Source of the DNA: Candidatus Algichlamydia australiensis
Lineage (GTDB): Bacteria; Chlamydiota; Chlamydiia; Chlamydiales; JAJFMI01
DNA: 64,000 nucleotides
NCBI GenBank assembly: GCA_033977065.1
Contig: JAXCHI010000003.1
Location: 288,001-352,000, forward strand
Direction of reading: 5' to 3'
Under the pieces are notes generated by a model. That model was not told where the DNA came from. It saw only the letters and a list, made by a program, of their open reading frames with translations, and did no database searches. Shown here one piece after another: positions 19,153 through 29,900 of the stretch. The stretch's first letter is position 1; each line of letters starts with the position of its first letter. The translations under genes and the position numbers were made by a program.

Positions 19153-20478
19153 ATGAAACGAACTATTGAAGACGAACTCCAGTTATGGAAAAATGACCCT
19201 TTTCGCATGCCCCTGCTCGTGCGCGGAGCGAGACAGGCAGGAAAAAGCCATACGATTGAAAAATTTGGGAAAGAAAATTTCGCTCAAGTTGTGACAGTAA
19301 ATTTTGAACTGCAGCCCCTGCTCATTGAGTGCTTTCAAGATCTAGATCCCAAAAAAATCGTTAGAGAGCTGGAACTTTCTCTAAAAGTAAAAATCAAACC
19401 CGGCTCGACCCTCCTATTTTTTGATGAAATCCAATTCTCCCCCCAAGCGATTGTTTCTCTTAGATATTTCAAAGAGAAACTGCCAGATCTCCATTTGATC
19501 GCGGCAGGCTCTCTTCTCGAATTTGCTCTTGTTGATAAAAACATCAACTTTCCAGTTGGACGAGTGCAATCCGTTTATATGCGCCCCCTCTCATTTTTAG
19601 AATTTCTTGAAGTAGTAAATGAAGAGGGCTTAGTTGAATTTATCTCAAATTTTGAATGGACCACAAAAATTAGCCAACCCGTCCATGAAAGATTGATGGA
19701 GCTTGTGAAGATTTATTTTTTCACAGGGGGCATGCCGGGTACCATCATTCGGTATAAAGAAACGAAGTCTTTTACAACATGCCAAAACTATTTATTAAAC
19801 CTAATTAATCTTTACAGGTCAGACATGGCCAAATATGCGACAAAAACACAATATCGCAATCTTCAAACACTTTTTGACAAAGCACCTGAAACAGTTGGCC
19901 TTCGATTTAAGTATACACACGTCGACCCAAATACAAAATCTCGCGATCTACAAACTGCACTCGACCAGCTTTCATGGGCGGGGCTTGTGACTCCTGTTTT
20001 TGCCTCATCAGCAACTGGAGCGCCCCTGCAACATCAAATAAAATCCAAGGTGCAAAAACTTCTCTATCTTGATATAGGAATGTTGCAAACGGCCCTCAAA
20101 GTCGACCCTATCCTATTTTTTCGAGAAGACCTAATCATGATCCACTCTGGAGCTTTAGCTGAACAGTTTGTGGGGCAAGAATTCTTAGCCTACGCAAATC
20201 CTCATGACAGAATGCAACTCTATTTTTGGGAAAGAGAAAAGAGAGGAAGTGAGGCTGAAGTCGACTATCTCCTTTCCGTTGATGGTTCTATCATTCCAAT
20301 TGAAGTCAAAGCCGGTAGCACAGGGAGACTTCGCTCCCTGCAAATTTTTCTAAAAGAAAAAAATGCTCCTTATGGAATTCAAATCTGCAGCGCAAAACCT
20401 GAAAAAAAAGAAAATGTATTCACACTCCCCTTTTACTTGATCAGTCAAATCCAAAGACTTTTTACGCAAAAAACTTAA
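19153..20478 (+). CDS. AAA_14 ATPase with DUF4143 / PD-(D/E)xK-like C-terminal domain
   Basis: GARQAGKS Walker A, LFFDEIQ Walker B, AAGSLL, TGGMP, KLLYLDIG, EVDYL...IPIEVKAG. Confidence 0.9.
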   Translation: MKRTIEDELQLWKNDPFRMPLLVRGARQAGKSHTIEKFGKENFAQVVTVNFELQPLLIECFQDLDPKKIVRELELSLKVKIKPGSTLLFFDEIQFSPQAIVSLRYFKEKLPDLHLIAAGSLLEFALVDKNINFPVGRVQSVYMRPLSFLEFLEVVNEEGLVEFISNFEWTTKISQPVHERLMELVKIYFFTGGMPGTIIRYKETKSFTTCQNYLLNLINLYRSDMAKYATKTQYRNLQTLFDKAPETVGLRFKYTHVDPNTKSRDLQTALDQLSWAGLVTPVFASSATGAPLQHQIKSKVQKLLYLDIGMLQTALKVDPILFFREDLIMIHSGALAEQFVGQEFLAYANPHDRMQLYFWEREKRGSEAEVDYLLSVDGSIIPIEVKAGSTGRLRSLQIFLKEKNAPYGIQICSAKPEKKENVFTLPFYLISQIQRLFTQKT

Positions 20479-20497
20479 CTTACGCTATTCTCAGCGT

Positions 20498-20869
20498 ATG
20501 GGAAAGTGGAAAAAATCTTCAGAAGAGTTAAAGGAAAAATTCTTAAGTACAATGGCAGCTTTTGCAGAAGCTGAACCAAGGAAAATGTTTGGGTACCCTT
20601 GCTGCTTTTTGCATGGCAATATGTTTACCGGACTGCACGAAGAAAACTGGGTGCTGCGCCTACAAGATGAGGATCGCGAAGCAATGATAGCAGAGCACAA
20701 TGCTGAGCGTTTTGCGCCAATGGGACGTCTGATGAAAGAGTATGTCATCCTACCAAAAGGAGTTTTGACTGATGAGACAGCACTCACCTCATGGATCCAA
20801 AAATCCATCAGCTATGTGATGACATTGCCGGTTAAGATTCAGAAGAAAAAAGCAAATGCAAAAGCTTAA
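20498..20869 (+). CDS. TfoX/Sxy N-terminal domain protein
   Basis: RKMFGYPCCFLHGNMF...MGRLMKEYV..P...W pattern typical of TfoX_N. Confidence 0.8.
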   Translation: MGKWKKSSEELKEKFLSTMAAFAEAEPRKMFGYPCCFLHGNMFTGLHEENWVLRLQDEDREAMIAEHNAERFAPMGRLMKEYVILPKGVLTDETALTSWIQKSISYVMTLPVKIQKKKANAKA

Positions 20870-21797
20870 GATCATCTAAGTTTTGTACAGCCATGCGCGC
20901 TTCGATATCGTAGGAGAAATCTCCCTCTTTTAGCGGAGCTACTTTGGTCACAACGCCTGCAGTTAGGCCTTCAGGAAAGAGCCCATCCATTCCTGTTGTC
21001 ACAAGCAGATCACCAACGTGTAAGATATCTCCCGTGAGAGGGCGTGCAGCGCCCTTTTCATCTGCATGATCATAATTAAACCCTTGTCCACGAAGAAAGA
21101 GAGAGCGCTCGCGCCAGAGCGGCGGGCCGCTACCGTGAAGTTCTCCTTTGGCCAGCTCGAGACTTTCTCTGTTTTGCAAAAGTTTGCTATTGAGAAGAGA
21201 GAGATGTTGCAGAGTCTCTTCTTTTTCTTCACTGTTAGTAAAAAGATTTTCTAAATGAGGGAGGGTGTTGAGCAGAGTTTGAATTTGCGAGTGGGCTAAG
21301 CGGTGTTGCGCTTCTCCTCGCTGCGCTCGGACGGATGGGACGAGTGTGGGATCGGTGATCACACGCACACGGCATTTTTTTTTGTGCACTTCATCCACTA
21401 TACCGAGAAGCGCGCTGCCCACAGTTGCGACACTATTTTTTTTGATTCCATCTTGTGCACCTCGATCAACCCAAAGTGTTGTACTCCAAGGCGAGAGATC
21501 TCGATTGAGTACTTTTGCGCTCAAAACTCTGCTTTTGTTATGCGACAAGATGGTTTGCTGTTGCAAAAGGTAGGAGTAGAGCTTTTCTACTTCACTACTC
21601 AACTGTGTGTTGATCGCTTGTAAACGCAAAAGTTCTTTATCAGTAGGCGTTTTTTGCAGTTTGGTAGGAAGAGAAGCAAGCCCCATCGCCATCATTCGCA
21701 AGGGTGCGATGCGCTCATTTGGGAGCGCAGCTCCTAACATTAAGATAAGAGGCAAAAGCAGGTGTCTATTGCACCACTTTGGCAATAGCATCGGCAA
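20832..21797 (-). CDS. mreC: Rod shape-determining protein MreC
   Basis: Coiled coil, AKVLNRD..PW...VDRG..DGIK, GDLLVTTGMDGLFPEGL..GVV; downstream of aspC. Confidence 0.88.
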   Translation of the reverse strand: MPMLLPKWCNRHLLLPLILMLGAALPNERIAPLRMMAMGLASLPTKLQKTPTDKELLRLQAINTQLSSEVEKLYSYLLQQQTILSHNKSRVLSAKVLNRDLSPWSTTLWVDRGAQDGIKKNSVATVGSALLGIVDEVHKKKCRVRVITDPTLVPSVRAQRGEAQHRLAHSQIQTLLNTLPHLENLFTNSEEKEETLQHLSLLNSKLLQNRESLELAKGELHGSGPPLWRERSLFLRGQGFNYDHADEKGAARPLTGDILHVGDLLVTTGMDGLFPEGLTAGVVTKVAPLKEGDFSYDIEARMAVQNLDDLKLLHLLFSSES

Positions 21798-22947
21798 CTC
21801 TCTCTACGTTTTGCTTGTTTAATCCGCAGATATTGATTCGCCCTGAATCGGTCATGTAGATTCCAGACTCTTCGCGTACTTTATGAACTTGCTCTTTGGT
21901 CAATCCCGTGTAGGAGAAAAGACCTCTGCTCTCATTAAGAAAGGAGAAATCTCGTCCTGGAATGCGTTTTGTTAGCTCAGCTGTAAACTGTTGGCGCATA
22001 CCCGTGATGCGCGCCCGCATCTGATCCAATTCCGCTTCCCACTCCGCGCGAAGTGTTGGATCTTGTAAAATCATTCCTACAAGTTTTGCGCCGTGACAAG
22101 GAGGATTGGAGTAATTAGAGCGTATAAGCTGTTTTACGTTAGAAAGGACATTCATTGCTTCTTCTTTAGAGCTTGTTAAGACGTAGAGAGCGCCCGTTCT
22201 CTCACCATAGAGCCCAAAGTTTTTTGAACAAGAGGCAGCCACTGCCATATTGTGTCCGGCCTTAGCAAAAAGGCGAATGGGTGCACGGTCACGATCTAAG
22301 CCGTCACCAAAACCGAGGTAAGCAAGATCAAAGAAAGGAAATAGTCCTTTTTCTAAAAACAGAACAGAGAGTTTTTCCCACTGCTCCATCGAAAAATCTG
22401 TGCCTGTGGGATTGTGACAACAGCCATGCAAAATGACAACCGAGCCCTTGGGCAATGAAGAAAAATAGGCGAAAGTTTTTTCAAAATCAACGCGATGCGT
22501 CTCATTATTGTAATAAGGATAGCTCTCTGTTTTCAATCCCGCAGCTTTAGCCACTTTTAGGTGGTTGGGCCAACTGGGATTGGGAATGTGAACTGTGCCA
22601 TTAGAAACTTCTTTTAAAAGATCAAGACCCACACGAATTGCCCCTGTTCCTCCAACACTCTGTGCAGAAACAATCCCCTCAAGATTTTCTCCAAAAATCA
22701 GCTCTTGCAAACCATCGAGATAGCGCGAGTCTCCGTCAATGGAAAGATAAGTTTTGCTCGGCTCTCGTTTGCAAAGCAGCTCTTCCGCCTTATGCACAAC
22801 ATTCATTGTTTTCTGTTGCAGGTCGGCGTCATAATAGACACCAACACCCAAGTTAATCTTGTCGGAGCGCGGATCATTTTTGTAAGCGGTGGTTAACCCC
22901 AAAATAGGATCTGGTGCTTTTAGTTCGACGTGTTTAAAGAAATCCAT
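21766..22947 (-). CDS. aspC: Aspartate/aromatic amino acid aminotransferase
   Basis: PDPILGL, KINLGVGVY, GGTGA, HGCCHNPTG, D.AY.GF, SCSKNFGLYGERTG (PLP lysine), GRINICGL. Start placed at MDFF (22947, AGGGAG upstream). Confidence 0.95.
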   Translation of the reverse strand: MDFFKHVELKAPDPILGLTTAYKNDPRSDKINLGVGVYYDADLQQKTMNVVHKAEELLCKREPSKTYLSIDGDSRYLDGLQELIFGENLEGIVSAQSVGGTGAIRVGLDLLKEVSNGTVHIPNPSWPNHLKVAKAAGLKTESYPYYNNETHRVDFEKTFAYFSSLPKGSVVILHGCCHNPTGTDFSMEQWEKLSVLFLEKGLFPFFDLAYLGFGDGLDRDRAPIRLFAKAGHNMAVAASCSKNFGLYGERTGALYVLTSSKEEAMNVLSNVKQLIRSNYSNPPCHGAKLVGMILQDPTLRAEWEAELDQMRARITGMRQQFTAELTKRIPGRDFSFLNESRGLFSYTGLTKEQVHKVREESGIYMTDSGRINICGLNKQNVERVADAIAKVVQ

Positions 22948-23070
22948 CCATTCACTCCCTAGTCTTATCATATGTGTCTGGTCGATTCCCAGCAAATGAG
23001 TCGTGGTTAATATAGTAGTAATTATTAGAAGTTGTAGGGAAAAAAGTCGTTGCTGTATCATGGGTCCTCC

Positions 23071-23143
23071 GGGGCGTTAGCTCAGTTGGTAGAGCGCAAC
23101 AATGGCATTGTTGAGGTCAACGGTTCGACCCCGTTACGCTCCA
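23071..23143 (+). tRNA. tRNA-Ala (anticodon GGC), CCA not encoded
   Basis: GGGGCGT/ACGCTCC acceptor stem with G3:U70, D-arm AGCTCAGTTGGTAGAGC, anticodon stem CAACA/TGTTG with loop ATGGCAT, T-loop GGTTCGA. Confidence 0.97.
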
Positions 23144-24816
23144 ATTCCCCCGACTCCCCCTTCCATTAAATCGAGAAAGGCCTGAAGCTGTTTTGCTCGG
23201 GTAGGATGGCGCATTTTTCTTAGCGCTTTTGCTTCAATTTGACGCACACGCTCACGGGTAACCTTAAAACGTACGCCCACTTCTTCAAGTGTCTTAGGTT
23301 TTCCATCGAGCAGACCAAAGCGTTCAATAAGCACGGTGCGCTCGCGGTCTGTCAATGTCTCCAAAACTTCGTGAAGTTTATCTTTTAAAATCGAGTACCC
23401 TGTCGCCTCTGCAGGCGATTCAATTGAAGTATCTTCTAAGAAATCTCCAAATTGGCTCTCACCGCTATCCCCCACCTCAGCTTGCAGCGAGATTGGGTGC
23501 TGGGCAATTTTATAAATTTCGCGAATACGGTCCGGCGTCAGCTCAAGCTCTTCAGCAAGCTCCTCTGCTGTTGGTTCACGGCCACGCTCCATCATAAAGG
23601 CTTTGGCTTTGCGCAAGACGCGATTGATCGTCTCAATCATGTGAACCGGAATCCGGATTGTACGGCCCTGGTCAGCAATCGCACGTGTTACGGCTTGACG
23701 AATCCACCAAGTCGCATACGTAGAGAACTTGTATCCACGACGATATTCAAACTTTTCAACCGCTTTCATCAGACCCATATTTCCTTCCTGAATCAAGTCA
23801 AGGAAACTTAAGCCGCGGTTGGTGTATTTTTTTGCGATGGAGATGACAAGACGCAAGTTGGATTCCACCATTTCACGCTTAGCTTCTTGGCTCTTATCCA
23901 TCCAACGCTGCAGCATGCGGACGTCTTTCTTAAACTCTTCTAGAGTGCGTCCAGCAGCCAGCTCGCGCTTATAAAGTTTGCGATGCGCAGCTTTAAGTTT
24001 TGCCAAAGCGAAACGGTTTTTTTCTGCTCGGGGCTCTAACTCTTTTAACTCTTTCTCTAAGCCTAAGAAGCGATCGTAGGCTTCTAAAATCACCTCACCA
24101 AAATCGTCTGTGACATTGGTGCGAAAGTGCATCTGCCGCAAGTAAGCTTGTGTACGAATACGACTTTTTTCAATCTCTTCTGTGAGTTTTAAGCGATCAG
24201 CTTTTGCTAATTTTTCATTGCGCAGACGAATCAAGAAAGAGCGTAAGACCGCATCTTCTTCTTCTAAAAGCTCGCGCAAACGTGGCAATTTATCTAAAAA
24301 GCGCTGCTTATTCTCAATCTCTTTTTCCGCGACAATTTTATCAAAGCGCTCTTTGCCAGTGAGAAGATAGTGCGCAATCGCAACAGTTTCGCGAGAGGAG
24401 TAGCAAAAGCGCATGATAATTTTTTCAATCTGAATCTGCGCTTTCTCAATGCGCTTAGAAATCTCAACCTCTTCTTCGCGAGTAAGCAGAGGGACAGATC
24501 CCATCTCCTTGAGGTACATGCGAACCGGATCGTCGGCCGAAGCTTCCGCCTTGCGAGAGAGACCTTCAAGCTCCTTTGCCTCTTTCTTGCGCTCACGCTG
24601 ACGCTCTACTTCAGATTGATTGAGGATCTGGATATCCATACCGCTCAAGAAGATCAGCACCTGATCAATCTGATCGGCAGAATCAAACGTCATGGGAAGA
24701 ATTTCATTGATCTCCTCATACGTGATGTAGCCTTGCTCCTTCGCAATTGCGACGAGCTCCTCAATTTTTTGCTGATGTTGTGAATCAAAAAGATTACTAT
24801 CTGTAGTATTACTCAT
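23134..24816 (-). CDS. rpoD: RNA polymerase major sigma factor (sigma66/RpoD)
   Basis: Region 1.1, [58 protein letters not shown]. Confidence 0.98.
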   Translation of the reverse strand: MSNTTDSNLFDSQHQQKIEELVAIAKEQGYITYEEINEILPMTFDSADQIDQVLIFLSGMDIQILNQSEVERQRERKKEAKELEGLSRKAEASADDPVRMYLKEMGSVPLLTREEEVEISKRIEKAQIQIEKIIMRFCYSSRETVAIAHYLLTGKERFDKIVAEKEIENKQRFLDKLPRLRELLEEEDAVLRSFLIRLRNEKLAKADRLKLTEEIEKSRIRTQAYLRQMHFRTNVTDDFGEVILEAYDRFLGLEKELKELEPRAEKNRFALAKLKAAHRKLYKRELAAGRTLEEFKKDVRMLQRWMDKSQEAKREMVESNLRLVISIAKKYTNRGLSFLDLIQEGNMGLMKAVEKFEYRRGYKFSTYATWWIRQAVTRAIADQGRTIRIPVHMIETINRVLRKAKAFMMERGREPTAEELAEELELTPDRIREIYKIAQHPISLQAEVGDSGESQFGDFLEDTSIESPAEATGYSILKDKLHEVLETLTDRERTVLIERFGLLDGKPKTLEEVGVRFKVTRERVRQIEAKALRKMRHPTRAKQLQAFLDLMEGGVGGIGA

Positions 24817-24875
24817 GGACCTGAAATGAAGACACTTGTCTACATTCTATCACGAAGGATAATTACTGGCTAAAC

Positions 24876-25409
24876 ATGTTTTTGCATAGAGAAATCCAAA
24901 AAAATATTGTAAAAATTCTCCCCGAAAACGAAGTACTTATGGAAAAAAGGTTTTCTGAAGTTAATCGCATTGCCGATCTTGTATGGGAAAAAGAAAAAAT
25001 AATTTTTGAAATTCAATGCTCCCGCATCCCTCTTCAGGAAGTAAAAAATCGAAAAAAAGATTACCAGAATTGCGGCTACTCTCTTGTCTGGATCTTGCTC
25101 GATCGACATTTTAATAGAAGCTGGCTCACACACGCTGAAATTTTCTTACGCAGTGGCCACTGCTACTTTACGAATGGACGCGGCCAATTCTATGACCAAG
25201 TAGAAATTATCAAAGGAAGGCGACGCCTCTTTCGTGGTCATCCTCTCCCAATCTCTTTAAGCAATCCAATAAAAATAAAAAACCAACTTCACTTTTCCGG
25301 TGACGCAGCTGACCGCAAAGCACGAGTACCTGTACAACCAAAACCGAAAAATTTCTACTTGAGACTACTCGATAGCCTTATGAGTAGGTTTGGTTCAAAT
25401 AACTTCTGA
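24876..25409 (+). CDS. CoiA-like PD-(D/E)xK nuclease family protein
   Basis: RIADLVW....IIFEIQCS....R..DY...GY..VWIL. Confidence 0.75.
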   Translation: MFLHREIQKNIVKILPENEVLMEKRFSEVNRIADLVWEKEKIIFEIQCSRIPLQEVKNRKKDYQNCGYSLVWILLDRHFNRSWLTHAEIFLRSGHCYFTNGRGQFYDQVEIIKGRRRLFRGHPLPISLSNPIKIKNQLHFSGDAADRKARVPVQPKPKNFYLRLLDSLMSRFGSNNF

Positions 25410-25833
25410 ACCAAACAAAGTAAACCAAAACAGAGAGAGCTAAAAGCATGTGAACAGATTTTTTAAAAGGAAAGTCCTTCTGAAGAGATGAGATGTTTGG
25501 GTCTTTTGGAGAGAAGTGAATTTCCCAAGGAAGTTTTTCAAATTTCTCAACTTTTACCCTGCAAGAAGCCTCATTTGGAAAAAGTGTTTTTTCAAACGTG
25601 TACTGCCCTTCAAAGTTTTGCTTCCCAACTTCAAATTCATAATTTACAGAAGGAACAAATAGATCGGGCTCAACCTCTCGCGTCTCCCAATTTTTCAGCT
25701 CTACTTTTGTCTTAGCCTTTAAAACAAAATATTTTTTTAACTCACGTCCGAGCTGAATCCCTATCCAAAGAGCGCAAACGAGAAGAACCAGAAAAAGGCC
25801 GTTCCAAATTTTTTTTGCTACTGAAATCTCCAT
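25378..25833 (-). CDS. Two-TM membrane protein (DUF3592-like)
   Basis: N- and C-terminal TM helices flanking a beta domain (PSVNYEFEV...FSPKDP..S.L). Confidence 0.65.
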   Translation of the reverse strand: MEISVAKKIWNGLFLVLLVCALWIGIQLGRELKKYFVLKAKTKVELKNWETREVEPDLFVPSVNYEFEVGKQNFEGQYTFEKTLFPNEASCRVKVEKFEKLPWEIHFSPKDPNISSLQKDFPFKKSVHMLLALSVLVYFVWFRSYLNQTYS

Positions 25834-25890
25834 ACCCTTTACAACTTATAGGATTAGTGCTATATTCGCCATATCTATAATGAGGAAATC

Positions 25891-26163
25891 ATGGCAAAAG
25901 AAGCTAAAGATAAAAAGAAAAAAAGGCCTACAGCAGCAAAGCGCATGATTCAGGACGAGAAGAAGCGTCAGCGCAATAGTGCCTTTAAATCTCGCATTCA
26001 TACCTCCGTTCGCGCATTTGAGAAAGGCGTAGCAGAGAAGGGCGATGTAAAAGAAAAATTGAAAACTGTCTTCAGTATGATGGACAAAGCAGTAAAACTT
26101 GGTATTTTCAAGAAAAATAAAGCTGCCCGCATGAAGTCTAAGTACCAGCAAAAAGCATCCTAG
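25891..26163 (+). CDS. rpsT: 30S ribosomal protein S20
   Basis: A.KR..Q.EK.R.RN...KS...T, DKAVK.GIFKKNKAARMKS. Confidence 0.97.
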   Translation: MAKEAKDKKKKRPTAAKRMIQDEKKRQRNSAFKSRIHTSVRAFEKGVAEKGDVKEKLKTVFSMMDKAVKLGIFKKNKAARMKSKYQQKAS

Positions 26164-26189
26164 TGCTCCATAACAGAAGCCCCCGCCAT

Positions 26190-26996
26190 TTAGATTGATT
26201 CCGCAGAAAGACTACCTTCCTTAGATCCCTTAGCAATGTGCTTAAAAATAAAATCAGAACTTGAATAGTCGCTGTGGTTGTTAATATACCTACTACTGTC
26301 TACTAAATGGACGTTTGGGTGCACATTTTCCAAATTTTCTGGCCCCCCACTGCCTAGAGCACGATCAAGCTCAAACATAGGGTATAGCAAACTTAGCACT
26401 TCATCTCTTCTCGAATAAAAAACAAAAAGATTCTCTACCTGACTAATGTCTTCAACTGAAATCTCTCCTCTCTCAAGCGATTCATTATCAATTGCTGGAG
26501 CCATGAAAAAAACATTGGAAATACGCATCTGCTCACCCTTCTTTACCGCTTCTAAAACGAGTCTACACCCCATACTAAAAGCGATAATATCGATTTGAGC
26601 AGCGTCAGAAGAAATTTCTTCAATAAGCTTGAGTAGACGCAACGAGAGATCGCTCTCCATCGTCAGAGACCTCGCATCAAAGTACTCCCAGGGATCGTCA
26701 CTTCCCGGCCACAAATATCCAACATGAGTATCATAAAGATCCTTTGTTCCTCCAGCGAGGTTAGAAAAGTATTCAGACGCCTCTTCATAATCATTATTGT
26801 AACCATGAATCAGAAGAACAACTTTTTTATCTTTGATTTTGCTGTTCCAGAGATCTTCAGGCATTGAACTCCACCTATCTCTACTATCTCTCTCACTTTT
26901 CACCCTTACTTGAAAATCAGAGAGCCTATCTGCATCGTGGACCCCATGACGATCACTGACTAGAATAATATTTTGATAATCTTCTTCAACTCTCAT
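26190..26996 (-). CDS. Alpha/beta hydrolase, DUF900-like
   Basis: LIHGYNN, YLWPG, nucleophile elbow AFSMG, APAID, S..D.VL, NHSDY; overlaps the upstream giant gene by 11 nt. Confidence 0.85.
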   Translation of the reverse strand: MRVEEDYQNIILVSDRHGVHDADRLSDFQVRVKSERDSRDRWSSMPEDLWNSKIKDKKVVLLIHGYNNDYEEASEYFSNLAGGTKDLYDTHVGYLWPGSDDPWEYFDARSLTMESDLSLRLLKLIEEISSDAAQIDIIAFSMGCRLVLEAVKKGEQMRISNVFFMAPAIDNESLERGEISVEDISQVENLFVFYSRRDEVLSLLYPMFELDRALGSGGPENLENVHPNVHLVDSSRYINNHSDYSSSDFIFKHIAKGSKEGSLSAESI

Positions 26997-29900
26997 GACT
27001 CCTCCAATCCCCGTATACTACCTGTCCATGAACTAGGTATTTAATTAAATAAAGGTGTGTAGATGGCACCTCATCTTTCAGAGGAAGAGAAAGGTCCACT
27101 TCCTCATTATCGTAAGCAAACACTTTTACTTTCGGGCCATCTTCACCCAGCTCTATTTTGGCAGCCCCTTCTTCAGGAGAGGCTCCATTCCCAAAAAAGA
27201 GCGTTTTTTTATGTTTTTTTTCTTCATATTGTGAATGAAGGACAGCTGCTATTTTTGGTGTTGTAATCGATGGCATAAGAGGTTTGATTTCTTTTTCATG
27301 GGTATAAAGCTTACAGCTTGCCAACTGCTGCATCTCTTCTTCGTTTTCACCAACCCTTAATCTATCTACAGCAAGCCAGACAATTTGAAACTTAGTGAAA
27401 CCGTTAATCGCTTCATGATCACTGAGATTAAAAGTCCATAAATGATAACCATCAACTTCTTCTTGGTTGACGATTACGTCAAAAAGAGGCACAACAACCA
27501 GTAGTTTACTTCCTGTTCCAGAGATTCCTTCTGCCTCTTTCAAGGTGACGAATTGGCCTTCAATGTTATCTATCTCCCATGCAGCTCTTAGCTCTCCACT
27601 GCTATTAACTTGAAGGTTTGGAATAGAAAGTTTTACTTTGCTCTGCATTTCTTTTAAGAGCTTCGCTTCATTTTCCTCTTTTATTTTTATTCTATTAGAA
27701 GAGCTATCGATCTCGATCTCAATTTCAGCAAGCTGCAAATAGGGCTGAAAATTAAAAGAGAGAACCTGGTCTCCTGAAGGAGATTGAACTCTAATGGCCA
27801 CAGGTTCGGAGGGTGCAAGCTCTTCTTTCTTTGCTGCTAGATAAAGAGTCGCCCACAATTTTGTACCCTCAGCTTCATTATCATAAACTGGCAGTGTCCT
27901 AGCCAGATCTTCTAGACCATAGACATCAAAATTATGGTGGACAATCACCTTGAGCGGGAATTGGACCTGATCTTCCTCAAAAATTTGGGGTCGAAATTCA
28001 AATTTCCCTCTTTCCACTTGTTTAAATGTATACTCTTCTTGCAAGTCATCAATTCTAACTCGACCAAATATATCCTCCCACGACGCTCGTGCACGCCTAA
28101 TCCCAAAAAGGGAGTCCGTATCCACTAGATTAAAGCTGACATTTTCAATGGCAGCTGTAACACAGCCTTCGCTCTTAATTTGCTGCGCTTCCCGCATTGC
28201 AAATTGCTGCGCCTTTCCTACTTCACATCTCTCTTCACCTTCTACTTGCGAACTCTCATGAACTATGTTTCGCATCTCATGGTGAAACATTGAACCTGGC
28301 TTATCAGAGCCGTACCGCATTTTTATGAAATAGGGAAGAAAGTATTCTGCTTTTTCTCCTCTTTTTACTCTATCACTTCCTAACTGCTTATTGGGGGGAA
28401 GATACCAGAGTGGTTCCATATTTTTGAAAGCTGGTGTTTCAAAAAAGTAGAGACTTGGCTGTCTCTCTTGATAAAGCTCGCTCATTGACCCGCGATACTC
28501 GTAACTTACCTCTCTAAGAAATTTGCATTGCTGATAGCTACCCTCTTTCGAATCTTCTTCTAAAATTTGGTATGAGGCCTCACTTCGAACCCCTCCCAGT
28601 CGCAGCATCTTTTTTGGTAATATTGATCTAAAATCAAAAACTTCAATGCTATTTTCGCCTTCAGATTCAGATTTTACGTGAGCAGATTCTTGAGGTTGAG
28701 GTCGATTCCCATCTTGATCTTCATAAAATGGTGATGCAATATACTCATAAGTAACCTCTCCTTCATAATCAATTTTTCTGGAGAGTATTATCCCATTCGC
28801 ACCCATTTTAAGGATTTGCATTTTAACTGCATTTCTTTTCGAATCGTCAATAACGTCTATCTCTTTTTTCTGCTCAGTTCGATTGGAAAGAGCTGTGTAA
28901 GGAGGTCGCTCGTAATCGACACTAATCGGCCTATTAATGATTAAAATAGACTCCGTTTGAATCTCTTCTCTAGCTTCGTCTTCTTCTGAGCTTGGCGCTT
29001 TTTGTAGAAAAGCGTTGTCACTCATAACAACCAGCTGTTTACTCTCACTCACGCCAATTGGACTAAGAAGCCAATCTCCTATTTTACTGCTTGTATCTAT
29101 AGGAGGTTGATTATATGTGATGTCACGCTTGTAAAGATTCTGCTCAAGATTAATCCGCATCATGTTCCCGTAAATTTGCCTATGCAATAGCTGAGGAGCA
29201 GTTTTTTTCAACTTGATTGTGTTTGTCACTGCTTCTGGCTCTAGACAAAAATTTATTGGTACAATTGAACTTTCAATTGGGAAGAGATGAATCCCTTTCG
29301 GAACTGTTTTTATCTCGGAACCTTCTCTAGCTGTTTTCGGTTCTAAAAAGTGATCAAGGGCAACAAATTGTTGTTGCTTCTTTACTGAAGCTTTGCGAAT
29401 GAAGTAGTTTTCTTCTCCATAGTTGGAGACAATATCTGGCTTCTCATTAACACTATTAGAGATTTCCACCTCTACTTGGTTCATTGAAAACCAACTTTTT
29501 TCTATTTGTAGAGTGATTTTATCGCTCTCTTTTTTCTTTTCAAAGTGAACGACAACAGGAAGTTGAATTTCCCCCCTCTCATTAGGATCTATGATTTGAA
29601 GATAACCCGTTCTAGCGTAGCGAAAACTGGACTGAGAAAAGCCTGAAAAATTTTGGTCATCAAATCTTAAAACAAAATTCTCTTTTTTAAGAGTAAGAGA
29701 TAGAGATGTATAGCGATACCAATCCCTACCCTGAGTCAAGTACTCAACATCTAATCCTCTTTTAAGAAGCTCTTCACAAGGTGATGCAAACTCCGTATCA
29801 TCAGCAAAATAGAATGTCTGATAGAGATCATCAGGATTTATATCTCTTACACATATTGCTCCTAAAGTACCTGCTTCAAGCCATAAAATTATGCTCTCAT

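Noticed and set aside
22948..23061. Signal-peptide-like 38-aa N-terminal extension of AspC with GGAGG upstream
   Set aside because: Family similarity begins at MDFF, which has its own RBS. The extension covers the AT-rich region upstream of the tRNA and is probably incidental, though not excluded.
26164..26170. GCTCCA after rpsT as an att copy of the tRNA-Ala 3' end
   Set aside because: Only 6 bp match and there is no integrase.
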